NCBI GenBank assembly: GCA_036703295.1
Contig: DATNPJ010000034.1
Coordinates: 85,482-149,481 of the forward strand
Length of the DNA: 64,000 nucleotides
Origin: Coleofasciculaceae cyanobacterium
Lineage (GTDB): Bacteria; Cyanobacteriota; Vampirovibrionia; Vampirovibrionales; Vampirovibrionaceae
Reading direction: 5' to 3'
Part shown: positions 49,118-57,806 of the stretch, one piece after another
Numbering within the stretch: the stretch's first letter is position 1
Layout: each line of letters begins with the position of its first letter
Notes under the pieces: model-generated
Told to the model about the DNA's origin: nothing
The model's input: the letters and a program-made list of their open reading frames with translations, nothing else
Databases searched by the model: none
Translations under genes and position numbers: made by a program

Positions 49118-49876
49118 ATGGCAGGACATTCTAAATGGGCACAAATCAAGCGCAGCAAGGCGGTCAAAGACGCCAAGAAGGGAGCCACCTTCGCCCAAAG
49201 CTCCCGTGAAATCATCATGGCCGCCAGGCTGGGCGGCGGGGACCCCGAAGGCAACTTCCGCCTGAGAACCGCCATCTCGCGCGCCAAGGCGGCGGGCATG
49301 CCCAACGACAACATTAAGCGGGCCATCGAAAAAGGCACTGGGGCTGGCGGCAGCGACAGCATGGAAGACATGACCTACGAGGGCTACGGTCCCGGCGGGG
49401 TGGCGGTCTTCATCGAAGCCGTGACCGACAACCGCAACCGGACGGCCGGTGATATTCGCAGCTATTTCAATAAGCACAACGGCAACCTGGGGGCTGATGG
49501 CTGTGTGGCCTGGATTTTCAAGGAAACGGGCCTGATAAAAATTTCTCAGCAGGAATGGGAAGAGGAAGCGGCGTTCGAGAAAGCCATTGAGGCCGGAGCG
49601 GCGGACTTCCAGCCCAATCCCGATGAAGGCACCTACGACATTTATACCGATCCCGCCGACCTGAACACGGTGGCCCAGGCGTTAAACGCGGACGGCATCA
49701 CGGTGCAATCGGCAGAAGTCACCCGGCTTCCCCAGAATTCCGTGCGGGTGGACAGCGAAGAGGTGGCCAAGCCGTTGCTGAAACTGCTGGATGCCATTGA
49801 ATCCCAGGATGACGTGCAGAACGTCTATGCCAACTTCGATATGGATGAAAGCTTGTTGAGCAAGCTGGAACAGTAA
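49118..49876 (+). CDS. yebC: YebC/PmpR-family transcriptional regulator.
   Basis: MAGHSKWAQIKRSKAVKDAKKG is the canonical N-terminus. The full-length protein is 252 aa. Confidence 0.9.
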   Translation: MAGHSKWAQIKRSKAVKDAKKGATFAQSSREIIMAARLGGGDPEGNFRLRTAISRAKAAGMPNDNIKRAIEKGTGAGGSDSMEDMTYEGYGPGGVAVFIEAVTDNRNRTAGDIRSYFNKHNGNLGADGCVAWIFKETGLIKISQQEWEEEAAFEKAIEAGAADFQPNPDEGTYDIYTDPADLNTVAQALNADGITVQSAEVTRLPQNSVRVDSEEVAKPLLKLLDAIESQDDVQNVYANFDMDESLLSKLEQ

Positions 49877-49914
49877 AAACCAGTGGAAACCCTGTAGAAA
49901 CCCAGCATGAAACG

Positions 49915-51366
49915 ATGATTAGTACCCTTACAACCGGGTGCCTGCACCGGTTCTTTCGGCAAGTGTCCCAATCCGCCTCACATGCGGTGATGCTGGGGGG
50001 CTCTGCGGAGCCGTCCACCTTGAACCGCTGGGTGATTATCGGCTTGCATGCCCGGCAAAGCATTGAGTTGCGGCAGGAAATCCTGGTGGTGAACGGGATC
50101 GAAGAGCCCATTTCCAACCCGTTTGAGCGGCTGGAGGATGCCCGCAAGGCTTGCCGGGAGTGGCCAGAACTGAAAGTATCCTCTGGTTTGCCAATGGCGG
50201 GGGGATTGGTCGGCTGCCTGGGCTATGGATTTTCCCGCTGGTGCGATGAAAGCTGGCAGGCGGCGTCCATGCGGATGGCGGATGCCGATTGGCCCGACTT
50301 GGTTTTTTTTGAGGCCGAGGACTGGCTGCTGGTTGATTTAGCCAGCGGGCGGCTGGTGGTGCTGAGCGAGTATCCCGAGCGGGAGGCCGCTTACTATGCC
50401 TGCTGGCATGAATGCCTGGAACTTTCGGATGAACCGGCGGAGGTTCCGGCGGATGCGCTGTCACCTGAAGATTTGACGGCGTACCTGGAGACGTTTGAAG
50501 CATCCTTTGGACAGCCTGACTTTGAGCAGACCGTGGAGCGCTTGAAAGCGAAAATTCGGGACGGGGAGATTTACCAGGCGAATCTGTCCATTCGGCTGCA
50601 AAAAACGTTGCAGCTCGACCCCTGCCGGTTGTTCGAGCATCTATGCCAACGGAACCCCTCGCCATTTTCCGGCTTCTTTCAATGGCCGGGCGGCGTGATT
50701 GTCTGTAACTCGCCGGAGCGACTACTGAAAATAGATGACACCGGGCTAGCCCGGACCCGACCCATTGCGGGGACCCGGGGGCGTGGGCAATCCGTGCTGG
50801 AAGATGAAGCCATTGGCGGGCTGCTGCGGGTCAATCCCAAGGAACGGGCAGAGCACCTGATGCTGGTGGATCTGGCCCGCAACGACTTGGGCAGGGTTTG
50901 CGGGGCGGGGTCCGTGGCCGTGGATGAACTGCTGGTGCTGGAGCGTTATTCTCATGTGACGCATCTGGTCAGCAATGTGGTAGGCCGGTTACATTCGGAT
51001 TTTACCGGTTGGGATACTTTGCGGGCGCTATTTCCGGGCGGGACCATTACCGGCTGCCCCAAAATTCGCTGCATGGAAATTCTGGATGCGGTGGAGCCCG
51101 TGCCTCGCGGGTTTTATACCGGGAGTATGGGGTACCTCGATGCGGCCAGCGGCGCGCTGGATTTTAATATTCTGATTAGAAGCCTCTTTTTGCAACGAAC
51201 CACCGACCCTTTGCGGTATAATACCGCCGTGCATGTGGGCGCGGGCATCGTGCACGACGCCGTGGGGGCCCACGAGTACCGCGAATGTCTCCGAAAGGCC
51301 GCGGCCGGTCTGGGTGAACTCTACCGGCTGGAGGCGGAAAGCAGCAACGCAAGGAGTATCCGATGA
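49915..51366 (+). CDS. Chorismate-utilising enzyme, TrpE/PabB family (anthranilate or aminodeoxychorismate synthase component I).
   Basis: 483 aa with the C-terminal chorismate-binding domain (GxITGxPK, ERGxYxGxxGY). Its size is closer to PabB than TrpE. The pathway assignment is not resolvable by eye. Confidence 0.8.
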   Translation: MISTLTTGCLHRFFRQVSQSASHAVMLGGSAEPSTLNRWVIIGLHARQSIELRQEILVVNGIEEPISNPFERLEDARKACREWPELKVSSGLPMAGGLVGCLGYGFSRWCDESWQAASMRMADADWPDLVFFEAEDWLLVDLASGRLVVLSEYPEREAAYYACWHECLELSDEPAEVPADALSPEDLTAYLETFEASFGQPDFEQTVERLKAKIRDGEIYQANLSIRLQKTLQLDPCRLFEHLCQRNPSPFSGFFQWPGGVIVCNSPERLLKIDDTGLARTRPIAGTRGRGQSVLEDEAIGGLLRVNPKERAEHLMLVDLARNDLGRVCGAGSVAVDELLVLERYSHVTHLVSNVVGRLHSDFTGWDTLRALFPGGTITGCPKIRCMEILDAVEPVPRGFYTGSMGYLDAASGALDFNILIRSLFLQRTTDPLRYNTAVHVGAGIVHDAVGAHEYRECLRKAAAGLGELYRLEAESSNARSIR

Positions 51367-51905
51367 CCACCAGCGAGCAGACCCAAGTGGTGATTTTTAA
51401 TGAAGGCGACGTGGAGCGCACGCTCCGGCGCCTGGCCCACGAACTCATTGAGGCCAGCCATGGCGTGGAAAACCTGGTGCTGCTGGGCATCGTGACCCGT
51501 GGAAAACCTTTGGCCGAGCGCATGGCCCGCCTCCTGCAAGAGCTGGAAGGGAAGCCGGTGCCGGTGGGCTACCTCGATATCACCCTGTACCGCGATGATA
51601 CGGGTCAGACCTTCAAGCCCACGTCCGAGAGTCTGGTGCCGGTAGAACTGGCGGGTAAGACCGTGGTGCTGATTGATGACGTGCTTTACAGTGGCCGGAC
51701 CGTCCGGGCCGCGCTGGATGCCTTGAATGGCTATGGTCGCCCGGCGGCGGTTCAGTTGCTGGTTTTGCTGGATCGTGGGCACCGCGAATTGCCCATTCGC
51801 GCGGATTTTGTGGGGAAGAATATACCGACCTCCCGTGAAGAACGGATCTCCGTCCAGTTGAAGGAAGTGGACGGGCAGGATCAGGTGCTGCTGCTGAAGC
51901 GCTAA
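51363..51905 (+). CDS. pyrR: Bifunctional pyrimidine operon regulator / uracil phosphoribosyltransferase PyrR.
   Basis: 180 aa with the PRTase motif VVLIDDVLYSGRT. The start overlaps the upstream stop (ATGA). Confidence 0.9.
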   Translation: MTTSEQTQVVIFNEGDVERTLRRLAHELIEASHGVENLVLLGIVTRGKPLAERMARLLQELEGKPVPVGYLDITLYRDDTGQTFKPTSESLVPVELAGKTVVLIDDVLYSGRTVRAALDALNGYGRPAAVQLLVLLDRGHRELPIRADFVGKNIPTSREERISVQLKEVDGQDQVLLLKR

Positions 51906-51998
51906 CACGTTTTTCACTTGTGCTGATTTATTATGGGCATTCCGCACCAAGATTTATAAACGGTTTCATACTTTTGTTTCATCAAGGATGGAAAAACG

Positions 51999-53015
51999 AT
52001 GATTGGTTCTCTAGGTCGCAGCCCATATTTTGGCAGCTTGGCAAATCACATTGATCACTATGAACAGCGCCCAGTGGGAATTGGTGGGCGGTTGCTGCCA
52101 GTTGCTATCCTGAATGAGGATGACTGGAAACCTAGCAAAGTGATTGGCTGGAATGGTGAGGCACAGACTGCGGATGAGATCCTGGAAGGTATTGTTGGCG
52201 GCTGCAAGATTGATTTCAAAGGACCATATGATGCCGCCTTTGTCCGGAAGCGCCAGACAAGACCGACCAAGCCACGCTACGATATCCCGCAAAACACCTA
52301 TCACCTCCGGCAAGCTGGTGGTTATCAACTGAGCAAATTGTTGGGTTTAAGCATTATTCCTCATACCGAATTGACCGATCTTCCTGGCCGCAAAATGCCT
52401 GAAACGGCAGTAGTAAATGCCCCAAAAACCGATCAGACACGACGCTTGGCCCAGTTTTGGGCTTCCGGGCATATCTTTGGAACAATCCAGGAATGGGTGA
52501 ATGGCACCCGGCTTGATGATTTTCGATATGCGTTCGATGGAACGACCGATAACCTACGGCGCAAGTCGCACAAGATATTTGAGGCTTATATATATGCCGT
52601 GGTTGCCTGGGATCCGGATCAGCACGATGGCAACGTAATGGAGCGGGACAGTGACGGTTCTATGACGCTTTATGATACCAATCTTTCAGGTGCAGACCCG
52701 GAAACAGCGAAAATGGACGATCTCCCGCTGCAATGGGATATTGAAGGGCAATCCCTTCCAGAAGAGTATTTGGCTAAACTTAGTGATTTCGTGAAAAATG
52801 AAAAACAGAACCTGAAAATCCTGAGTGCTTACTATGGTGAAAAAACGGCGTTGGGATTTTTCCAGCGGGCAAGATACCTGATTGATCACCCCGTTGTGGA
52901 AAACATGCGAACCCTGAGAACGAATCTACTCTCCCAGAGAGAAATCAACCCGCATAGTGGGGCGAAAAATCCGTGGAAGAGGTCACTACCTGGGAAAGAG
53001 TCAGTGATCCATTGA
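51999..53015 (+). CDS. Hypothetical protein with a PI3/PI4-kinase-like catalytic-loop motif.
   Basis: 338 aa at ~48% GC. VVAWDPDQHDGNVME...SMTLYDTNLSG resembles the DRHxxN catalytic loop plus DFG-like activation segment of the PI3/PI4-kinase / atypical kinase superfamily. This is a weak, motif-only assignment. Confidence 0.45.
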   Translation: MIGSLGRSPYFGSLANHIDHYEQRPVGIGGRLLPVAILNEDDWKPSKVIGWNGEAQTADEILEGIVGGCKIDFKGPYDAAFVRKRQTRPTKPRYDIPQNTYHLRQAGGYQLSKLLGLSIIPHTELTDLPGRKMPETAVVNAPKTDQTRRLAQFWASGHIFGTIQEWVNGTRLDDFRYAFDGTTDNLRRKSHKIFEAYIYAVVAWDPDQHDGNVMERDSDGSMTLYDTNLSGADPETAKMDDLPLQWDIEGQSLPEEYLAKLSDFVKNEKQNLKILSAYYGEKTALGFFQRARYLIDHPVVENMRTLRTNLLSQREINPHSGAKNPWKRSLPGKESVIH

Positions 53016-53077
53016 TAGTACTGTGTTAATCAGCACTCTGGACGGCAGTTTAACCGGCTGGCCTGATAATCAGGTTG

Positions 53078-54424
53078 TTAGCTCCCGGAGGAAACGACTT
53101 CCGCCTGGACTTCCGGAACCGCTTTGGCTTTGTGCTTGCCGTTGCTTTCTACCGGGGGAGATTCAGGGTCTTCAGGGGATGCCTTGGCTTGCTCTTTCTG
53201 TTGCAATTCCTGCTGGGCAACGCGTGGTGGCACCAGCTTGCCCGGCTCGGCTTCGGCCAGGCTCGGAATCCCTTTGCCGGTGTACTTGCGTCCGTTTTTG
53301 TACGGCCTGGCTTCTATCACCCAGTCCTGATCGATTTGCCGGGTGTGAATGATCTCCAGTTGCGGACTTTCCGGCAGTTCCAACTGGAAGGCATGGCCAA
53401 AGGCGGGCTTGGCCATGGCATCCCGCAGGGTTTTGGGCGCGTAAAACAGGTAGAACTTGTTGGCCAGCCCTTCGCTCATGAGGCTGGAAGCCAGGCGTCC
53501 GCCCGATTCCACGAAGATGCTGGTGATTTCATGCTCGGCCAACTGCGCGAAGGCGGCTTTCAAGTCCAGGCCGTGTCCGGTTTCCTCGACTTCAATGATC
53601 TTGAAACCCTGGGACCGGGCTTTTTTGGCATGGCCGGGGTTGTGATTGGCTTTGGAGGTGAGAATCCAAACCGGGGTTTCCCCTTTGAAGATCTGGTATC
53701 GATCCACGTTCAGCCGGAAGCGGCGATCCACGATGATTTTGGCCGGTTGCTTGCGAATGTTGGGGATATCCCGCACATTGAGCTTCGGGTTATCGACCAG
53801 CACCGTTTCGGCGGTGGTCAGGATGGCGTCGTAGTTCTGGCGCAGATGGTGCACGTATTCGCGGGAGAAGGCGCCGGTCAGCCAGCGACTTTCACCGTGC
53901 CGGTTGGCGATTTTGCCGTCCATGGTCAGACCCAGCTTGACGGTGACAAACGGCATGCGGGTGGTGATGTAATGAAAGAAAATTTCATTCAGGCGTTTGC
54001 ATTCAGCTTCCAGAAAGCCGTAACGCACCTCGATGCGGGAGTTTTGCAGGAGGTCCCGGCCGGTCCCGGAGACCAGCGGATTAGGGTCCAGGGTGCCGCA
54101 AACCACACGCTGGATGCCTGCCTCAATGATGCGTTTGGTGCAAGGTGGGGTCCGTCCCTGGTGGTTGCAGGGCTCAAGATTAACGTATAAAGTCCCGCCT
54201 TTTGCCTGCTCGCCTGCTGTATCCAGGGCGATAACTTCAGCATGGGCTTCTCCGGCGCGCTGATGGTAGCCTTCGCCCACCACCCGGCCCTGGGCATCCA
54301 ATACTACGGCGCCGACCAGGGGATTGGGGCTGACCGTTCCCGCGCCAAGCTCTGCCAGATAAAGGCAGCGAGCCATGTAGGCTTCATCGATATTCTGGTA
54401 CAAGGCGGGAAAATGACGTGGCAT
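53078..54424 (-). CDS. ribD: Bifunctional riboflavin biosynthesis protein RibD (deaminase/reductase) with a C-terminal low-complexity extension.
   Basis: CMP/dCMP deaminase zinc motif HAEV...PCNHQGRTPPC and reductase domain are present. An extra ~80-aa Pro/Glu/Lys-rich tail follows. Confidence 0.88.
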   Translation of the reverse strand: MPRHFPALYQNIDEAYMARCLYLAELGAGTVSPNPLVGAVVLDAQGRVVGEGYHQRAGEAHAEVIALDTAGEQAKGGTLYVNLEPCNHQGRTPPCTKRIIEAGIQRVVCGTLDPNPLVSGTGRDLLQNSRIEVRYGFLEAECKRLNEIFFHYITTRMPFVTVKLGLTMDGKIANRHGESRWLTGAFSREYVHHLRQNYDAILTTAETVLVDNPKLNVRDIPNIRKQPAKIIVDRRFRLNVDRYQIFKGETPVWILTSKANHNPGHAKKARSQGFKIIEVEETGHGLDLKAAFAQLAEHEITSIFVESGGRLASSLMSEGLANKFYLFYAPKTLRDAMAKPAFGHAFQLELPESPQLEIIHTRQIDQDWVIEARPYKNGRKYTGKGIPSLAEAEPGKLVPPRVAQQELQQKEQAKASPEDPESPPVESNGKHKAKAVPEVQAEVVSSGS

Positions 54425-54526
54425 ATCTCCATTATAATATGCCGCTGCGTTTTAATGATTCCTGTCCCGTGAAAAAGCCCTCCAGAGCGGGAGGCTTTTT
54501 ATGCTCTTGAAAAAGATATTCCTATT

Positions 54527-54835
54527 TTAGGACTGATTTCCTTTGATCTTTTTCAATAATTTCTCGCCCGCAAGCCAAGTACCACCGCAACCACTAAGAA
54601 TCAGGATGAGATCCTTTAATATAGCTTTAGAGCGTGGCTCGCATACCATGTCCGCCCCAGCCTCTGCTGTTTTTGTTGCGACTGGAGAGGTCGCATTTTG
54701 AGCATGCGAGGCCATTGGCATAGCGGACAATGCACCCAGAAACACTGCCTTGGCAAGAAGCCCTGCTTTCTTTTTCCCTGCGAATTGCACCGGCGTTTGT
54801 GTAGCACAACCAAACCGGGGTTGAATTGGAACCAT
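54527..54835 (-). CDS. Small secreted hypothetical protein.
   Basis: A strong GGAGGAG SD sits 5 nt before the ATG. The h-region KKKAGLLAKAVFLGALSAMPMASHA fits a signal peptide. The promoter has a perfect TTGACA -35, and a TTACTTAwwAAGTAA palindrome overlaps the -10. Confidence 0.5.
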   Translation of the reverse strand: MVPIQPRFGCATQTPVQFAGKKKAGLLAKAVFLGALSAMPMASHAQNATSPVATKTAEAGADMVCEPRSKAILKDLILILSGCGGTWLAGEKLLKKIKGNQS

Positions 54836-54942
54836 GTTTTCTCCTCCACGTAATTCAAACACGGACAAAAGCCATGTTTGTGATGAAACCACTTAAATTT
54901 AGATTCTTACTTATTAAGTAAAAATAAGTCAATGTCAACAGG

Positions 54943-54978
54943 CAAAAAAAAGTGCCTGGATTCAGTCGAATCAGGCAC
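54943..54978 (-). terminator. Minus-strand rho-independent terminator with no obvious upstream CDS.
   Basis: On the minus strand the element reads GTGCCTGATTCGACTGAATCCAGGCAC followed by TTTTTTTT. It lies upstream of the promoter of the small secreted-protein gene. Confidence 0.55.
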
Positions 54979-55309
54979 CGTGTGGTTCATCAGGGAAAGA
55001 GAGATGTGGATTTATACCAGTCTTATCGAACTTTGCCGGACGAACTTGATACAGCGTTCGGAGGATTCTTGTAAAATTTTTAAATTTGCTAGCAACAAAA
55101 TCTCCCCAGTGGTTTTTATGCTTATGTTAGGAGACAGGGTGTACGGATGCCGCGGAGAGCGACGGCACCATCCAACAGAAACAGGTTGGGTTGTTACACA
55201 AGGTGGTTAAGACTCGGTGGGACATAGGCTGGTTGAACGAATGAAGCACGGGACATGCTTCAGGTGATTCTTTTTGGTGATAGAGGGGCAAACAAGGGGA
55301 TTCGTTGTG

Positions 55310-55498
55310 ATGATTAGCAGAGCAAAGCTGGGCGTTGAACAGAACGGTGGAGAAAGCTGGATTGTGGAACTGGTATTGCCGGGGGTGTTTACGCTGGTCT
55401 TAATCATTTGTCTGGCGCATCTGGCATATTCGGCCTTTCAGGCCCAGATGCACCAGGTTCACACGGTCGATTACGCGATTTCAGCCTTCGCTAACTAG
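55310..55498 (+). CDS. Possible small single-TM membrane peptide.
   Basis: 62 aa from ATG preceded by an AAGGGGA SD. It has one hydrophobic helix (WIVELVLPGVFTLVLIICLAHLAYSAF). Support is weak. Confidence 0.3.
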   Translation: MISRAKLGVEQNGGESWIVELVLPGVFTLVLIICLAHLAYSAFQAQMHQVHTVDYAISAFAN

Positions 55499-55589
55499 TG
55501 AGGGGGCGGGTTGTCCGCTATAGCCCGATACCGGTGGGGATGGCGTATAATAAAGCTGATCCGGGAAGCAACTTAGATATACTGTCACT

Positions 55590-56474
55590 ATGACGCACTT
55601 ATGCTACACGCTTGAAGAAGCCGCCGGAAGGCTGAATCTTTCCGAAACCGTTCTGGTGCGGCTTTCGCAGTATTTCAAGGTGCCCAAGGCGGCCTACGAA
55701 GAAGTGGGCTATCTTTCTTTCAAGGGAGATTTGGTGTTCAGTGACCAGGATATCGTCTTTTTTCGACAGGTCAAAGAGCGCCTGCTGGCCGGGGAAAGCC
55801 TGGACGAAGTAAAAAGCCGGATTCGGCGGGAAGCGGATGGCTTGGCCGGGGCTCCCCGCCGCGATGCTGCGCCCCCGCCCAGGAGCACCGGAGCGACTAT
55901 GCCTGCTGCGGGCGCACCGCATATGAGAGGTTCAGCGCAACCCACTGCCTCGATGCCGGAAGCGTTTCCGTTGATGGGGGCGATGCGGGAGATTGTGGAT
56001 CGCACACCTTACGAGAAAGCGGCTGAAAAAAGCTTTGAGCGTTACAAAAGCATGCATCGCACCGGACTGGGCCGAGTGTTTGAAAACATGATGAAAGAAG
56101 TGGGCGGCATGGCGAACAAGCGCTCGCCCAAGCCCCAACCCAAACCGATGCGATCCAAAGTGCTGGAGCCGTCGGAAGAAAGCCTGCCGGGATCTCCGCC
56201 GGTCCGGGAGGATGCCATCCTGCCGTTCAAATCATTGCGTCAGTCCGCGGCATTGCCGCCGGAGCAGCCTGAACGGTCTCCGGTGACCAGGCCTGCGTCC
56301 GGGCTTTGGCCCCGAGGACAAGGGGCGGGAGCTGATGACGCTTCCTGGGAGCAGATGATTCGACAAGCGGCGGATCAGCCCCGCAACCTGGATAACCACC
56401 TGAAAAACGCGGCCAGCCTGCTGCGGGATCGCGCCCTGAACCAAGCGCGGGGACACTCTTCCCAGGGGCGCTGA
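55590..56474 (+). CDS. Hypothetical protein with an N-terminal helix-turn-helix (MerR/excisionase-like) and a disordered Pro/Ala-rich tail.
   Basis: The N-terminus reads CYTLEEAAGRLNLSETVLVRLSQYF. The remaining ~200 aa are low complexity. A TATAAT at 55545 lies upstream. Confidence 0.5.
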   Translation: MTHLCYTLEEAAGRLNLSETVLVRLSQYFKVPKAAYEEVGYLSFKGDLVFSDQDIVFFRQVKERLLAGESLDEVKSRIRREADGLAGAPRRDAAPPPRSTGATMPAAGAPHMRGSAQPTASMPEAFPLMGAMREIVDRTPYEKAAEKSFERYKSMHRTGLGRVFENMMKEVGGMANKRSPKPQPKPMRSKVLEPSEESLPGSPPVREDAILPFKSLRQSAALPPEQPERSPVTRPASGLWPRGQGAGADDASWEQMIRQAADQPRNLDNHLKNAASLLRDRALNQARGHSSQGR

Positions 56475-56589
56475 TTCGGCCTGATCCGTCGAACCCATCA
56501 TCTGCCGGGCAATGAAAGTTGATCAATTCGCGCTAGCAACTTTTGCGTTTGAGGGGGTTTAAGGCGCTTGCACAACAGGAAACGGGAAT

Positions 56590-57795
56590 ATGGTGACATC
56601 ATCCGTAGGTTTTAATATGCCGACAATGCAGCCGCCGGTCTTCCGTCCGGCAATCCCTGCCTATCGAATGCCAGAGGCGTTGAGCATGCCGACCTTTCCT
56701 CAGGGGGGCACGGCGCCAAGTTGGCCTGCCACAGTGCAGCAGCAGACATTTTCTCCCGGCACATTTCCGATGGGCAGTAGCATGGCGGGCGCGGCCAACT
56801 CCTGGAATAATCTGAATGCCACGCCCTGGCAGCCGGATTTGGGTGTCATGAATGCGCTTGGGAACGCTCCTGGGAACGGTTTTGGATTCCCGTCCGGTCT
56901 TCCGCGCTATCCGCTGGGCTTTCAGCCGAATTGGAACATGCAGCCAGCAAACCAGGCGTTTGCCCGGCCCGCTGCACCCTATCAAAGTTACGACCCGCCC
57001 AGGCCCGCGCCCTATAACACACAGCTTCCGGACATGCAGGGATCGCCGTCCTATCCGCCTACACGGATGCCCAGCCCGTCCCAGAATGCTCCTGCCTGGG
57101 AGCCGCCCGAAGCGTCCAGATACGAAGGGCCACCAGTTGAGCAGCAATCCAGGCCAATCTCTGGCGGTCAGCCAGATGGAACTGCCGTCCCTGAGGAAAA
57201 GGCTTATATCCAAAAATCTCAGGCTTCTCCTCCCTCTCCCCAGCCTCAGCGGATGGAACCCAGCCGGAAACCGGAGGAGGCCACGCCCGTTTCGCCTGCT
57301 TCAATCACCAAAAATGCCGCACCGGATGATCCCGCCGCCAAGATTTCGGATGAAATTCGGGAGTTGGTATACGAAGGCCTGACGGATAATCCTGAATTGT
57401 TGGATGAATTGCAGCAGATGGGGATTTCAGAAAAGTTGCAAAACCGGGAAAAAACCGCCCACCAGCTGCGCTCGACGGTTCAGGAAGTGCTTCGGCTGGT
57501 GCCGGATCGTCTGGAGGATCGGGTCGCGCAGGCCGTCAGCAACCGGATTCCGTTGGAATACCAGCCGCTGTTTGATCGATTCATGAATTGGACGCGGGAG
57601 CCGGCAGCTCCCGGTGAGACGCCTGACAAACCAAAAACACTGCTGCGTCGCGTGTGGGATTGGTTCTGGGGACGGAAAGACAAGCACCGCTCAGAATTTG
57701 GCTCCGAGCACCGAGGGTTGCATCTACCCTTTACTCGGAAGAAACACGATGTCGTGCTCGAATCCGAAATGGATCCGTTTGAAATAACGGCCTAA
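56590..57795 (+). CDS. Pro/Gln-rich hypothetical protein with a structured C-terminal domain.
   Basis: 401 aa. The first ~230 aa form P/Q/N/M-rich repeats (MPTMQPPVFRPAIPAYRMPEALSMPTFPQGG). The C-terminal ~150 aa appear helical/structured with a WDWFWGRKDKHR motif. Confidence 0.55.
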   Translation: MVTSSVGFNMPTMQPPVFRPAIPAYRMPEALSMPTFPQGGTAPSWPATVQQQTFSPGTFPMGSSMAGAANSWNNLNATPWQPDLGVMNALGNAPGNGFGFPSGLPRYPLGFQPNWNMQPANQAFARPAAPYQSYDPPRPAPYNTQLPDMQGSPSYPPTRMPSPSQNAPAWEPPEASRYEGPPVEQQSRPISGGQPDGTAVPEEKAYIQKSQASPPSPQPQRMEPSRKPEEATPVSPASITKNAAPDDPAAKISDEIRELVYEGLTDNPELLDELQQMGISEKLQNREKTAHQLRSTVQEVLRLVPDRLEDRVAQAVSNRIPLEYQPLFDRFMNWTREPAAPGETPDKPKTLLRRVWDWFWGRKDKHRSEFGSEHRGLHLPFTRKKHDVVLESEMDPFEITA

Positions 57796-57806
57796 GCCCG
57801 ATGTGC

